Source: a virus (Duplodnaviria; Caudoviricetes). From it: a stretch of DNA of 61,217 nucleotides. Positions 36,659 to 46,288 of the stretch are shown one piece after another. The first letter of the stretch is position 1. Every line of letters begins with the position of its first letter. The notes under the pieces are model-generated. The model saw nothing but the letters and a program-made list of their open reading frames with translations. It did not search any database and was not told the origin of the DNA. The stretch covers positions 1 to 61,217 of the IMG/VR virus record IMGVR_UViG_3300027741_000065; one strand, given 5' to 3'. Both the position numbers and the translations under genes were made by a program.

Positions 36659-39045
36659 ACGTAGACGCGCTTAGTAAGGCTATAGCCCTTCTTCCTGTAA
36701 ACGAGCAGGAGGCGTTCTTTGATGAGCTGGATGAGTACCGGGCAAGTCTTCTTCGGGAAGAGGCTCAGGCGGACTTTCTTAAGTTTGTCCACTCTATGTG
36801 GCCTGGGTTTATAAATGGCCGCCACCATAAGGTGATGGCAAGGAAGTTTGAAGAGATAGCCTCTGGGAAAATTAAGCGCCTGATCATTAACATGCCACCC
36901 CGGCACACCAAGTCTGAGTTTGCGTCCTACCTATTGCCGGCTTGGTTCCTGGGGAAGTACCCCAACAAAAAAATCATTCAGACTTCAAACACGGCTGAAC
37001 TTGCGGTTGGCTTCGGACGTAAGGTTAGGAACTTAGTGGGGAGCGAGCAGTACTCCAAGATCTTCCCAAATGTGAATCTTCGCCAGGATAGTAAAGCGGC
37101 CGGCCGTTGGTCTACCAATAAAGACGGAGAGTACTTCGCTATCGGCGTCGGCGGAACAGTAACAGGTAAGGGTGCTGATCTACTTATTATTGACGACCCG
37201 CACTCGGAGCAGGAAGCCGCCCTAGCATCCGGAGATCCATCCGTGTTTGACAAAGTGTACGAGTGGTACACATCCGGTCCGCGTCAGCGTCTACAGCCAG
37301 GTGGATCAATAGTTGTGGTTATGTGTATGACCGGAGATACATTGGTTCTGATGGCTAATGGAGAAAGCATCCAACTAAAAAACATTCGGGCTGGGGATGT
37401 TGTTGCTACGTTTGAAAAAGGAAAACTAAGTACAAGCAGGATTAACAACTGGCGGTCAAGTGGCGTTGATTCCATATACAAGATAAAAACACAATCTGGT
37501 AAAATTCTTCGTGCAAACGAGAGGCACCCGTTTCTCGTTATGAATGATGGAGTATTGGAATGGACAAGACTGAACCAGCTACGATTGGGAGATTTACTTG
37601 TATCGTTGAAGGATGCAACAGGCCTTCAAGGGCAAAAACAAAACCTAGCAAATGCGGACCATGCCAATCCAGCGACAATTACCATCGACGAAATCCTGAA
37701 GCGCCACGCAAGCCAATTGGCAGTCACGGAAAGTGGATTGGAAAGCATTGCGAATGCGGACAACCAGTTCACTGCAAGGGATTGTGCGCGTCTTGCTATC
37801 GAAAAGGCTACACCCCACCTCCAACTACCGCCGATCAGAGAAGGGGAAGACGGATCAAGCACCGGTATGGAATTACGGCCTCAGACTATGCTCGGATGGT
37901 TGAAGAGCGCGACAACAAGTGTGATGTCTGTGGCGAACCGCCTTCTTCCAAAAACACAAGGGCGCATTGGAACGGAAAGCTTTGCATTGACCACGATCAC
38001 AACACAGGAAAAGTTAGAGGACTACTTTGCAACGACTGCAACCTTACAGTTGGCTACGGAAAAAAGCCGAGCATTCTTGAAAGAGCTGCATCTTATCTCC
38101 GACTTCACGGTTGATCCGATAGTTAGCATTACCCCAGATGGCAGAGAAGAAGTATTTGACGTTGAGGTTGATCGGACAGAAAACTTCATTGCCAACGGCG
38201 TAGTTAGCCATAACACCCGCTGGGCAAAGAGAGATTTGACCGGAAGGATCATCCAATCGTCCATAGAGAAGGATGGAAACGATGACTGGGAGGTGATCGA
38301 CTTCCCCGCCATTCTTCCTAGCGACAGACCTTTATGGCCTGAATTCTGGAAGTTGGAAGAACTGGAAGCCCTACGCTCAGAACTGCCAGTCGCAAAATGG
38401 AATGCCCAGTATCAACAAAGCCCAACATCGGAAGAGGGCGCTATTGTTAAAAGGGAGTGGTGGAAGGAATGGAAGAAGGAAGATCCGCCTAGGTGTGAGT
38501 TTGTTATACAGAGCTGGGATACCGCATTCTTAAAATCAGAGCGCGCTGACTACTCGGCTTGCACCACCTGGGGTGTTTTCTACATGAACGAAAACTCCGA
38601 GGACGCACACATTATTCTTTTGGATGCGTTTAAGAAGCGTATGGAGTTTCCAGAGCTTAAGGAAAAAGCATTCAACCACTATAAAGAATGGGAACCGGAT
38701 GCGTTTATAGTTGAGGCCAAGGCTTCTGGAGCACCTTTGATATTTGAGCTAAGAGCAATGGGCATACCTGTTCAGGAATTTACTCCAAGTAGGGGTAATG
38801 ATAAGATGGTAAGGATTAATTCTGTATCCGATCTTTTTGCCAGCGGTAAAGTTTGGGCTCCATCTACACGTTGGGCCGATGAATTGATAGAGGAGATGGC
38901 AGCATTTCCTAATTCAGACCATGACGACTTGGTTGACTCAGCTACCCAGGCACTAATCAGATTCAGAAAAGGTGGATTCATTAGGCTTCAAACAGACGAG
39001 CAGGATGAGATCCAATCATTCCGCCGCAAGACATCTTATTACTAA
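36655..39045 (+). CDS. terL: Terminase large subunit, intein-containing
   Basis: MPPRHTKS, IIDDP, VVM|TRW after splicing, SWDTA, HDDLVD. Confidence 0.95.
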   Translation: MNVDALSKAIALLPVNEQEAFFDELDEYRASLLREEAQADFLKFVHSMWPGFINGRHHKVMARKFEEIASGKIKRLIINMPPRHTKSEFASYLLPAWFLGKYPNKKIIQTSNTAELAVGFGRKVRNLVGSEQYSKIFPNVNLRQDSKAAGRWSTNKDGEYFAIGVGGTVTGKGADLLIIDDPHSEQEAALASGDPSVFDKVYEWYTSGPRQRLQPGGSIVVVMCMTGDTLVLMANGESIQLKNIRAGDVVATFEKGKLSTSRINNWRSSGVDSIYKIKTQSGKILRANERHPFLVMNDGVLEWTRLNQLRLGDLLVSLKDATGLQGQKQNLANADHANPATITIDEILKRHASQLAVTESGLESIANADNQFTARDCARLAIEKATPHLQLPPIREGEDGSSTGMELRPQTMLGWLKSATTSVMSVANRLLPKTQGRIGTESFALTTITTQEKLEDYFATTATLQLATEKSRAFLKELHLISDFTVDPIVSITPDGREEVFDVEVDRTENFIANGVVSHNTRWAKRDLTGRIIQSSIEKDGNDDWEVIDFPAILPSDRPLWPEFWKLEELEALRSELPVAKWNAQYQQSPTSEEGAIVKREWWKEWKKEDPPRCEFVIQSWDTAFLKSERADYSACTTWGVFYMNENSEDAHIILLDAFKKRMEFPELKEKAFNHYKEWEPDAFIVEAKASGAPLIFELRAMGIPVQEFTPSRGNDKMVRINSVSDLFASGKVWAPSTRWADELIEEMAAFPNSDHDDLVDSATQALIRFRKGGFIRLQTDEQDEIQSFRRKTSYY
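37324..38214 (+). mobile_element. Intein (297 aa) in TerL
   Basis: C1 (CMTGDTLV), block B NERHPF, block F/G VFDVEV..NFIANGVVSHN, +1 Thr. Confidence 0.93.
37560..38114 (+). CDS. Endonuclease VII-family nuclease overprinted inside the intein in another frame
   Basis: GGAG-7nt-ATG; RYGIT..CDVCG..IDHDHNTGKVRGLLCNDCN..G..AASYL. Confidence 0.88.
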   Translation: MDKTEPATIGRFTCIVEGCNRPSRAKTKPSKCGPCQSSDNYHRRNPEAPRKPIGSHGKWIGKHCECGQPVHCKGLCASCYRKGYTPPPTTADQRRGRRIKHRYGITASDYARMVEERDNKCDVCGEPPSSKNTRAHWNGKLCIDHDHNTGKVRGLLCNDCNLTVGYGKKPSILERAASYLRLHG

Positions 39046-39053
39046 GGAAAAAT

Positions 39054-41465
39054 ATGTCGATTGACAAATCACTTTCTTCAGCGCCCCAGGGTCTGGAATC
39101 ACTCGCTCAACCAGACGAGGGTATTGAAATTGAAATAGTAGACCCTGAGGAAGTCACCATCCACATGGGTGATGTTGAAATTAAAATTGGAAGTGTTGAA
39201 GATGATTTTGATGCCAACCTTGCAGAAGAACTAGACTCAGATGTTATTAGCTCACTAGTAAGCGATCTAATTTCTGATTTTGAAGATGATGTTAACTCCC
39301 GCAAAGAGTGGATGCAGACCTATGTAGATGGACTAGAGCTATTGGGAATGCAGATTGAAGAGCGTGCGGATCCCTGGATTGGTGCGTGCGGTGTATACCA
39401 TCCACTCTTGTCTGAGGCCGTAGTTAAATTCCAAGCCGAGATAATGATGAGCACCTTCCCGGCATCTGGCCCGGTGAAAACTCAGATTATTGGCAAAGAA
39501 ACCCCGGAAAAGAAGCACGCATCCAACCGCGTTGCTGCCGATATGAATTACCGGCTGACAGATGAGATGACAGAATTCAGGCCAGAGCACGAACGCATGC
39601 TTTGGGGCCTGGGATTGGCTGGAAATGCTTTTAAAAAGGTCTACTTTGACCCAAGCCTTGACCGCCAGACATCCATTTTTGTACCAGCCGAGGACTTGGT
39701 TGTCCCCTATGGCGCTTCTGACTTGCAAACTGCTGACCGCATCACTCACGTTATGCGTAAAACAGAGAACGACATCAGAAAACTACAGGTTGCTGGCTTT
39801 TATTGCGACATCGATCTGGGTGAACCCAACAATAACTTAGATGATGTTGAGAAAAAGATTGCCGAGAAGATGGGATTCCGCGCAACTACGGACGACCGCT
39901 ACAAAATCCTTGAAATAAATGTAAATTTAGACTTAGAGGGGTTTGAAGATGAAGACAAATATGGAGAAAAGACTGGAATTGCTCTTCCATACATTGTTAC
40001 AGTGGAAAAAGGCAGCCAAAAATGCCTGGCAATCCGCCGCAACTGGAATAAAGACGACAAGCTCAAGAGCAAACGACAGCATTTCGTCCACTATGGCTAC
40101 GTACCCGGCTTTGGTTTCTACTGTTTTGGTCTTATTCACCTAGTAGGAGCATTTGCCAAGTCCGGAACTTCTATCCTGCGACAGTTGGTAGATGCGGGAA
40201 CACTCGCTAACCTACCTGGTGGATTTAAAACCCGTGGCTTGCGTGTAAAGGGAGACGATACACCCATCGGACCAGCAGAGTGGCGCGATGTTGACGTACC
40301 CAGCGGAACAATTGCCGACAACATTATGGCTCTCCCATACAAGGAGCCAAGCCAAGTTCTGGCAATTCTGCTAGATAAGATCGTTGATGAAGGACGTAAG
40401 TTTGCATCCGCTGCGGATATCCAGGTTGCAGACATGTCGGCCAATTCCCCAGTTGGAACTACCCTGGCTATCTTGGAGCGCACGCTTAAAGTAATGACAG
40501 CCGTCCAGGCGCGTATCCATTACTCGTTTAAGCAAGAACTGAAACTCCTGCGAGACATCATTCGGGACTATACGCCTCCAGAGTACAACTATGAGCCAGA
40601 TGAGGGATCTCCCAAAGCCAAGCAATCGGACTATGACCTTGTTACAGTTATCCCTGTATCGGATCCAAACGCCGCAACAATGGCGCAGAAGATTGTTCAG
40701 TATCAAGCCGTCATTCAACTAGCACAGCAGGCTCCACAAATTTATGACCTGCCTCACCTACACCGGCAAATGTTGGACGTGCTTGGGATTAAGAATGCCG
40801 AGAAACTAGTTCCACTGAATGATGACGAAGTTCCATTTGACCCTGTAAGCGAGAACATGAATGCGCTAAACGGAAAGCCGCTTAAAGCATTTATCTCTCA
40901 GGACCACAAGTCACACATGGCGGTTCACCAAATGTTTATGCAAGATCCAATGATCATGCAAACTATTGGTCAAAACCCCAAAGCCAATTTAATCATGTCC
41001 TCTTTGCAGGCTCATATTACAGAGCACCTTGCGTTTGAGTACCGCAAAATGATTGAGCAGCAAATGGGCGTTCCTCTTCCCCCGCCAAATGAACCCCTGC
41101 CCGAAGACGTTGAAGTCCAACTCTCCCAACTCATGGCTCAGGCTGGACAGCAAGTCAATCAGGCAAACCAAGCAGAAGCTCAGCAGCAGAAAAACCAACA
41201 AATGGCCCAAGACCCATTGGTTCAAATGCAGCAGCAAGAACTGCAAATCAAGCAATCTGAAGTGCAGCGCAAACAGCAGAAAGATCAAGCTGAACTACAA
41301 CTGAAATCTAGTCAACTTCAACTTGAAGGGGCAAGCATTCAAAACAAAAAAGAAGTAGATATGTCCCGCATTAGAGCGGATGTAGCAAAAACTCAAATGC
41401 AGATACAGAACCAGGCACAAACAGAACGTCAACGCATGATTGATGCGTACAGAGGTAATAAATGA
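39054..41465 (+). CDS. Portal protein
   Basis: 803 aa directly after TerL; HPLLSEAVVKFQA, GNAFKKVYFD; Gln-rich barrel-like tail. Confidence 0.88.
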   Translation: MSIDKSLSSAPQGLESLAQPDEGIEIEIVDPEEVTIHMGDVEIKIGSVEDDFDANLAEELDSDVISSLVSDLISDFEDDVNSRKEWMQTYVDGLELLGMQIEERADPWIGACGVYHPLLSEAVVKFQAEIMMSTFPASGPVKTQIIGKETPEKKHASNRVAADMNYRLTDEMTEFRPEHERMLWGLGLAGNAFKKVYFDPSLDRQTSIFVPAEDLVVPYGASDLQTADRITHVMRKTENDIRKLQVAGFYCDIDLGEPNNNLDDVEKKIAEKMGFRATTDDRYKILEINVNLDLEGFEDEDKYGEKTGIALPYIVTVEKGSQKCLAIRRNWNKDDKLKSKRQHFVHYGYVPGFGFYCFGLIHLVGAFAKSGTSILRQLVDAGTLANLPGGFKTRGLRVKGDDTPIGPAEWRDVDVPSGTIADNIMALPYKEPSQVLAILLDKIVDEGRKFASAADIQVADMSANSPVGTTLAILERTLKVMTAVQARIHYSFKQELKLLRDIIRDYTPPEYNYEPDEGSPKAKQSDYDLVTVIPVSDPNAATMAQKIVQYQAVIQLAQQAPQIYDLPHLHRQMLDVLGIKNAEKLVPLNDDEVPFDPVSENMNALNGKPLKAFISQDHKSHMAVHQMFMQDPMIMQTIGQNPKANLIMSSLQAHITEHLAFEYRKMIEQQMGVPLPPPNEPLPEDVEVQLSQLMAQAGQQVNQANQAEAQQQKNQQMAQDPLVQMQQQELQIKQSEVQRKQQKDQAELQLKSSQLQLEGASIQNKKEVDMSRIRADVAKTQMQIQNQAQTERQRMIDAYRGNK

Positions 41466-41659
41466 TTGATAAATATCTAGAACATCTATCCAAAAAGATA
41501 GATGACAAAGTCGGACAACTTCAAATAAACCTTGCAGATGGCAATGCAATGGATTATTCGGAGTACAAGAAGATGTGCGGGGAGGTCAAAGGTCTGCTCA
41601 CTGCACGTTTATTTATTACAGACCTACAGGAAAGATTGAAAAACGATGACGATGAATAA
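41462..41659 (+). CDS. Small head-module protein
   Basis: DYSEYKKMCGEVKGL; between portal and GroES. Confidence 0.7.
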   Translation: MIDKYLEHLSKKIDDKVGQLQINLADGNAMDYSEYKKMCGEVKGLLTARLFITDLQERLKNDDDE

Positions 41660-42062
41660 TTTACATTTAGTTACTGCTGTAGATTTGTCTCAAATTTTGA
41701 ACAAGTCCTCAGAAGACAAGGCAAAACAACTTCCTAAGCCGTCTGGCTATCGAATTCTTTGCGCCATTCCAGAGGCGGAAAAAGAAATTGAAGGCAGTGA
41801 CATTGGCTTGATCAAAGCAGCTGAAACCATGCGCAACGAAGAACTGCTAACTACAGTTTTGTTTGTTGTTGAACTGGGGCCAGATTGCTACAAAGATGAA
41901 AGTAAGTTTCCCACTGGACCGTGGTGCAAGCAAGGCGACTTTATTTTGGTTCGCCCCCATGCAGGTACTCGGCTCCTAATTCATGACCGTGAGTTTCGCA
42001 TCATCAACGACGATTCAGTCGAAGGTGTCGTACAAGATCCTCGTGGCATTAAACGCAAATAA
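41646..42062 (+). CDS. groES: GroES-like co-chaperonin
   Basis: PSGYRIL..GLI..VVELGPD..GDFIL..GT..FRIINDDSVEGVV. Confidence 0.8.
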   Translation: MTMNNLHLVTAVDLSQILNKSSEDKAKQLPKPSGYRILCAIPEAEKEIEGSDIGLIKAAETMRNEELLTTVLFVVELGPDCYKDESKFPTGPWCKQGDFILVRPHAGTRLLIHDREFRIINDDSVEGVVQDPRGIKRK

Positions 42063-42071
42063 GGAACACAT

Positions 42072-42986
42072 ATGAAATACGATGAATTTAAATTTCCAGA
42101 CGAGGAAAAAGATGAAAAACTTGATGATGACATCATTGTTGAAGTTGAAGACGATACTCCGGAGGAAGATAAGAATAAGTCGCCTCTGCCTGAAAAAATT
42201 AAAGAGGAGCTTTACAACGATGAGTTGGAAGACTACTCAACCAAAGTAAAGAAAAAACTTGTACAGCTAAAGAAGCTGGCGCACGATGAGCGCCGGGAAA
42301 AAGAAGCTGCACAACGTGAGCAAAACGAAGCAGTTGAATTTGCTCGTAAGCTTATGGATGAGAATAAAAAGCTCAAATCTAATCTCCATAACAGCGAAAC
42401 TAACGTGCTGGCTAGTGTTACTCGCGCAGTTGAAATGGAGATGGAGGCAGCCAAAAAAGCATATCGTGAGGCATATGATTCTGGCGATACAGATAGGGTA
42501 ATGGAGGCGCAAGAGCGTTTAACTGAAGCAACATTAAAAATTGATAAAGTTAAAAACTTTAAACCCCCTTCTGTACAAGAAGAAGAAAATGTGGTACAAC
42601 CGCCAAAACAAGCGGTCCAAAAGCCCGCACAAGATCCAACTGCAGTAGCTTGGCAACAAGATAATCCGTGGTTTGGTGAAGATGATGAAATGACTAGTTT
42701 GGCGTTGGGGTTACATGAAAAACTCCGCCGCGAAGGAATCAAAATATCATCTAAAGAGTATTACGATAGAATTAACAAAACAATCCGACAGCGTTTTCCA
42801 GAGAAATTTGAAGACGCAGAGGAACAAGATGAGCGGCCCAGCCGCAAAAGCTCGGTGGTTGCACCAGCTACACGGACTACGTCCGCAAAACGAGTTAAGT
42901 TGACTACTGGTGAACTGAACTTGGCAAAGAAATTTAAACTTACACCGGAGCAATTTGCTGCGGAAAAAATCAAATTAGGAGCCTAA
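42072..42986 (+). CDS. Capsid scaffolding protein
   Basis: Acidic coiled coil, W..NPWFG, C-terminal LAKKFKLTPEQFA. Confidence 0.7.
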   Translation: MKYDEFKFPDEEKDEKLDDDIIVEVEDDTPEEDKNKSPLPEKIKEELYNDELEDYSTKVKKKLVQLKKLAHDERREKEAAQREQNEAVEFARKLMDENKKLKSNLHNSETNVLASVTRAVEMEMEAAKKAYREAYDSGDTDRVMEAQERLTEATLKIDKVKNFKPPSVQEEENVVQPPKQAVQKPAQDPTAVAWQQDNPWFGEDDEMTSLALGLHEKLRREGIKISSKEYYDRINKTIRQRFPEKFEDAEEQDERPSRKSSVVAPATRTTSAKRVKLTTGELNLAKKFKLTPEQFAAEKIKLGA

Positions 42987-42988
42987 TC

Positions 42989-43438
42989 ATGGCCGAAAAC
43001 AGAAAACCGCGTGAGCTAGAGGAACGATTGATGGTCGAGCGTCCAAAACAATGGATGCCAGCAGAACTTCTGCCAGAGCCTGATAAACAACCTGGCTACG
43101 AGTACAGATGGATTCGGGTGTCTACTTTGAATGTCGCGGATCCCCGCAATGTTTCCGGCAAATTACGGGAAGGTTGGGAGCCTGTTGCAGTTGAAGAGCA
43201 GCCGAAATTTAGGTTGATGGTCGATCCAGGTAGTCGATATAAAGACAACATTGAGATCGGTGGGCTGTTGCTCTGCAAAACCCCTCAAGAGTTTACGAAG
43301 CAGCGTGATGAATATTTCGCTAAACAATCGCAAGCTCAGATGGATGCTGTAGATAATACTATGATGCGTCAAAGTGACCCAAGGATGCCGATGTTTAAAG
43401 AGCGGAAATCCTCGACCAGCTTTGGCAAAGGTGTTTAA
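42989..43438 (+). CDS. Conserved head-module protein
   Basis: GYEYRWIR..REGWEPV..GGLLLCK. Confidence 0.7.
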   Translation: MAENRKPRELEERLMVERPKQWMPAELLPEPDKQPGYEYRWIRVSTLNVADPRNVSGKLREGWEPVAVEEQPKFRLMVDPGSRYKDNIEIGGLLLCKTPQEFTKQRDEYFAKQSQAQMDAVDNTMMRQSDPRMPMFKERKSSTSFGKGV

Positions 43439-43458
43439 TTTTTTATAGGAGTCCTTAA

Positions 43459-44283
43459 ATGGCTTATCCAACTGTCGATGCGGCTTACGGTTACAAACCC
43501 GTAAACCTGATTGGCGGTCAAGTGTTTGCTGGTTCAACTCGGAATCTTCCGATCCAGTACAACTACGGAACCGCTTTGTATTATGGTGACCTAGTCACTC
43601 TTTCCGCTGGTTATGTTGTAATTGCAACATACCCTGTGAGCACTACCAACACTACCGTTGGCGTGTTCTTGGGTTGCTATTACACTAACCCCACCACCAA
43701 GCAACGTCAATACTCACAGTACTACCCCGGTAGCGTGACTGCTGGTGATATCACCGCCATCATTGGTGATGATCCTGACCAAGTAATCCGTTGTGCGGTT
43801 ACTACCGGTGCTTCTGCTACTACCATTGGATCGGCTTCGTCGATTCTGGTTGGCGTGAACATGGCCGGTAATACGCTGACTGGTTCTGCTTCCACTGGTA
43901 ACGGTGCAGGCGCTGTTGTTGCGGCTTCGGCTACAACTTCTGGCGGCGGCTTCCGTGTCCTCAATCTGGTTCCTGATACCCAAATTAGCACCTCCTGCAC
44001 TTATGTGTCTGGTGGCGCTGCTTCGGCAACTTCGGTTGTTGTATCTGGCCTGACTGTCGGACAAGTACTGCCTGTTGGTACGGACGTGTTCAACTTGGTA
44101 AACGGTCAATTGCAGTTCACTGGCTCTACGCTCAGTTCTTCATCGACTGTAACTACCACCGGTAGCACGACTCTGACCATCACTTCGGTTACTACCGCAG
44201 TTGCTGGTACTGTTGTATTGGTTCAAAGCCCCGAGGTGTTGGTTAAGTTCAACTTCGGCGCTCATCGCTATTACGTAGCATAA
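43459..44283 (+). CDS. Head decoration/cement-like protein
   Basis: Thr/Gly beta-rich, VGVFLGCYY..DDPD; just before MCP. Confidence 0.6.
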   Translation: MAYPTVDAAYGYKPVNLIGGQVFAGSTRNLPIQYNYGTALYYGDLVTLSAGYVVIATYPVSTTNTTVGVFLGCYYTNPTTKQRQYSQYYPGSVTAGDITAIIGDDPDQVIRCAVTTGASATTIGSASSILVGVNMAGNTLTGSASTGNGAGAVVAASATTSGGGFRVLNLVPDTQISTSCTYVSGGAASATSVVVSGLTVGQVLPVGTDVFNLVNGQLQFTGSTLSSSSTVTTTGSTTLTITSVTTAVAGTVVLVQSPEVLVKFNFGAHRYYVA

Positions 44284-44296
44284 GGAGTAACTTAAA

Positions 44297-45205
44297 ATGG
44301 CTATTTCACGCGCACAGCTACTTAAAGAGTTGCTCCCCGGCCTGAACGCTTTGTTCGGTCTGGAATATGCAACGTATCAGGAAGAGCACAAAGAGATCTA
44401 TGAAACAGAAACCTCTGAGCGTTCTTTTGAAGAAGAAACAAAACTGTCTGGATTCTCTGCCGCTCCGGTAAAGAATGAGGGCTCTGCCATTGCTTATGAC
44501 AATGCGCAAGAAGCTTGGACAGCTCGCTATAACCACGAAACCATTGCTTTGGGCTTCTCCCTAACGGAAGAGGCAATTGAAGACAATCTGTATGACAGCT
44601 TGTCCGCTCGATATACCAAGGCCCTTGCTCGCGGTATGGCTTACACCAAGCAGGTTAAAGCTGCTGCTGTTGTTAACAACGGTTTCTCCAGCCAATTTGT
44701 TGGCGGCGACGGAGTTTCGTTGTTTAGCACTGCGCATCCTTTGATCTCTGGTGGCACTAACAGCAATCGCCCAGCTACCGGCGCTGATTTGAATGAGACT
44801 TCTTTGGAGTCTGCAGTTATTCAAATCGCAGCATGGACTGATGAGCGCGGTTTGCTGATTGCAGCTAAGCCTCGAAAGCTTATTGTTCCTCCTGCTCTGA
44901 TGTTCGTTGCTACCCGTCTGTTGGAAACCAGCCTGCGCGTTGGCACTACCGACAACGATATCAACGCCATTAAGAACAATGGTTCAATTCCTGAAGGCTA
45001 CTGCGTTAATCACTACCTGACCGATACAAACGGCTGGTATCTGACTACCGATGTGCCCAACGGTATGAAGCACTTTGTCCGTACTCCGCTGGCTAACAGC
45101 ATGGACGGCGACTTTGATACTGGTAATGTCCGTTACAAGTCTCGTGAGCGTTATAGCTTTGGCTTTAGCGATCCATTGGGCATGTTTGGATCTCCAGGAT
45201 CCTAA
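44297..45205 (+). CDS. Major capsid protein (Mu gpT-like, HK97 fold)
   Basis: MAISRAQLLKELLPGLNALFG..DGVSLFSTAHP..LIVPP..DFDTGNVRYKSRERYSFG; strong terminator follows. Confidence 0.9.
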   Translation: MAISRAQLLKELLPGLNALFGLEYATYQEEHKEIYETETSERSFEEETKLSGFSAAPVKNEGSAIAYDNAQEAWTARYNHETIALGFSLTEEAIEDNLYDSLSARYTKALARGMAYTKQVKAAAVVNNGFSSQFVGGDGVSLFSTAHPLISGGTNSNRPATGADLNETSLESAVIQIAAWTDERGLLIAAKPRKLIVPPALMFVATRLLETSLRVGTTDNDINAIKNNGSIPEGYCVNHYLTDTNGWYLTTDVPNGMKHFVRTPLANSMDGDFDTGNVRYKSRERYSFGFSDPLGMFGSPGS

Positions 45206-45222
45206 GCCTTAGGGCTTTAGAG

Positions 45223-45247
45223 AAAGGCTCCTTCGGGGGCCTTTTTT
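45223..45247 (+). terminator. Intrinsic terminator after MCP
   Basis: AAAGGCTCC-TTCG-GGGGCCTTT-TTT. Confidence 0.85.
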
Positions 45248-45261
45248 GTTGTATTCTCGCG

Positions 45262-45340
45262 TTGTTGGTAGCGTAGTGGGTTAGCGCCGCTGCAAATAGT
45301 TTGGCAAGTTTATACACTGCTTTATGTGGGCTACCAACAC
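45262..45340. other. Unassigned multi-stem structured element
   Basis: TGTTGGTAGC/GCTACCAACA enclosing GTAGTGG-GTTAGCG-CCGCTGC. Confidence 0.45.
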
Positions 45341-45343
45341 CCA

Positions 45344-45372
45344 TTGCACATATTAAATTACTGTGATATATT
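45344..45372 (+). promoter_or_regulatory. Sigma70 promoter
   Basis: TTGCAC-N17-TATATT with extended -10 TG. Confidence 0.65.
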
Positions 45373-45379
45373 GCAGCCA

Positions 45380-45452
45380 TCTGGGACTTCCAGTGCGCCA
45401 AACTGCCCCAGCAGACGACATACCGATTGACGCACTTAGCTTGTATGTAAGG
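45380..45452 (+). ncRNA. Pseudoknotted leader RNA, probably Mu-gpT-DE motif
   Basis: CTGGG/CCCAG, AGTGCG/CGCACT and ACATAC/GTATGT interleaved; downstream of gpT-like MCP. Confidence 0.6.
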
Positions 45453-45459
45453 AATTATC

Positions 45460-45951
45460 ATGGGATTCGCAACTCACCTCGGCCCTTGGCTGCTCGGCAC
45501 TGTTAAAAACACTACCGGCACTACTGCTGGCTTGATTCAAAATACTGGCGTTACTACTGTAGCTCAAACCGGCACCATGACGGTTGCCACAACGACTGCT
45601 ACTACGTTTGCAGTTATCCCCGCTGGCGCTCAAATTACCAACATTTTTGTTGATATCACCACTGCTTTTGCTGGCTCAACTGGTAATACCATTACGATTC
45701 AAACCGCTGGAGCAACTACTTTAGCTACAGTTGGTGGAGCAACTACTACACCCTTGGCTGTTGGTCGTGCTACGACTACTTTGTCTGGAACTAACATTGC
45801 TACCATCTTGAACGTAGGTACGACGGACTTGATCCTCCAAGTTATCTATGCATGCGCAGGAACAGCAAGCGGCGGTGCGGCTCAGATCACTGTGCAGTAT
45901 CTCGTCAAAGACTCTAGCGGCAATAGCTCTCCCCCCTCCAACCAGCAGTAA
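45460..45951 (+). CDS. Putative head decoration protein
   Basis: THLGP..IPAGAQI..ITVQY; Thr-rich. Confidence 0.6.
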   Translation: MGFATHLGPWLLGTVKNTTGTTAGLIQNTGVTTVAQTGTMTVATTTATTFAVIPAGAQITNIFVDITTAFAGSTGNTITIQTAGATTLATVGGATTTPLAVGRATTTLSGTNIATILNVGTTDLILQVIYACAGTASGGAAQITVQYLVKDSSGNSSPPSNQQ

Positions 45952-45958
45952 TTGATCT

Positions 45959-45980
45959 CGAGGGCTTCGGCCCTCGTTTT
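45959..45980 (+). terminator. Intrinsic terminator
   Basis: CGAGGGC-TTCG-GCCCTCG-TTTT. Confidence 0.75.
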
Positions 45981-45994
45981 ATAGGAGATTAGTT

Positions 45995-46288
45995 ATGATG
46001 CAGACAGACGTTAAATCAGCACATTTAAGCGCAGCAGGGTCTTATTACGTTGGGCGTACACGCCTAAAAGGGTTTATTGTTAGTCCTAAAGCAAGCACAG
46101 CGGCAACATTTGAAATCAGAGATGGAAGCTCAACGGCGGCAGTGTTGTACACAATGGACATAGCAAGCCTTAGCACTCCAAATACGTTTTCTATGGTAAT
46201 CCCTAGCGAGGGTATTCTGGCTTCTACGGGGCTTTATCTCACGCTTAGCGTTGGTTCCGTAACAGGAATTACAATATTTTATGGCTAA
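45995..46288 (+). CDS. Small virion protein
   Basis: MQTDVKS..RLKG..IPSEGIL..TIFYG. Confidence 0.65.
   Translation: MMQTDVKSAHLSAAGSYYVGRTRLKGFIVSPKASTAATFEIRDGSSTAAVLYTMDIASLSTPNTFSMVIPSEGILASTGLYLTLSVGSVTGITIFYG

Noticed and set aside
45262-45343. tRNA gene or pistol ribozyme
   Set aside because: There is no T-arm (GTTCRA) or proper anticodon arm, and the pistol pseudoknot partner is missing. Kept only as an unassigned structure.
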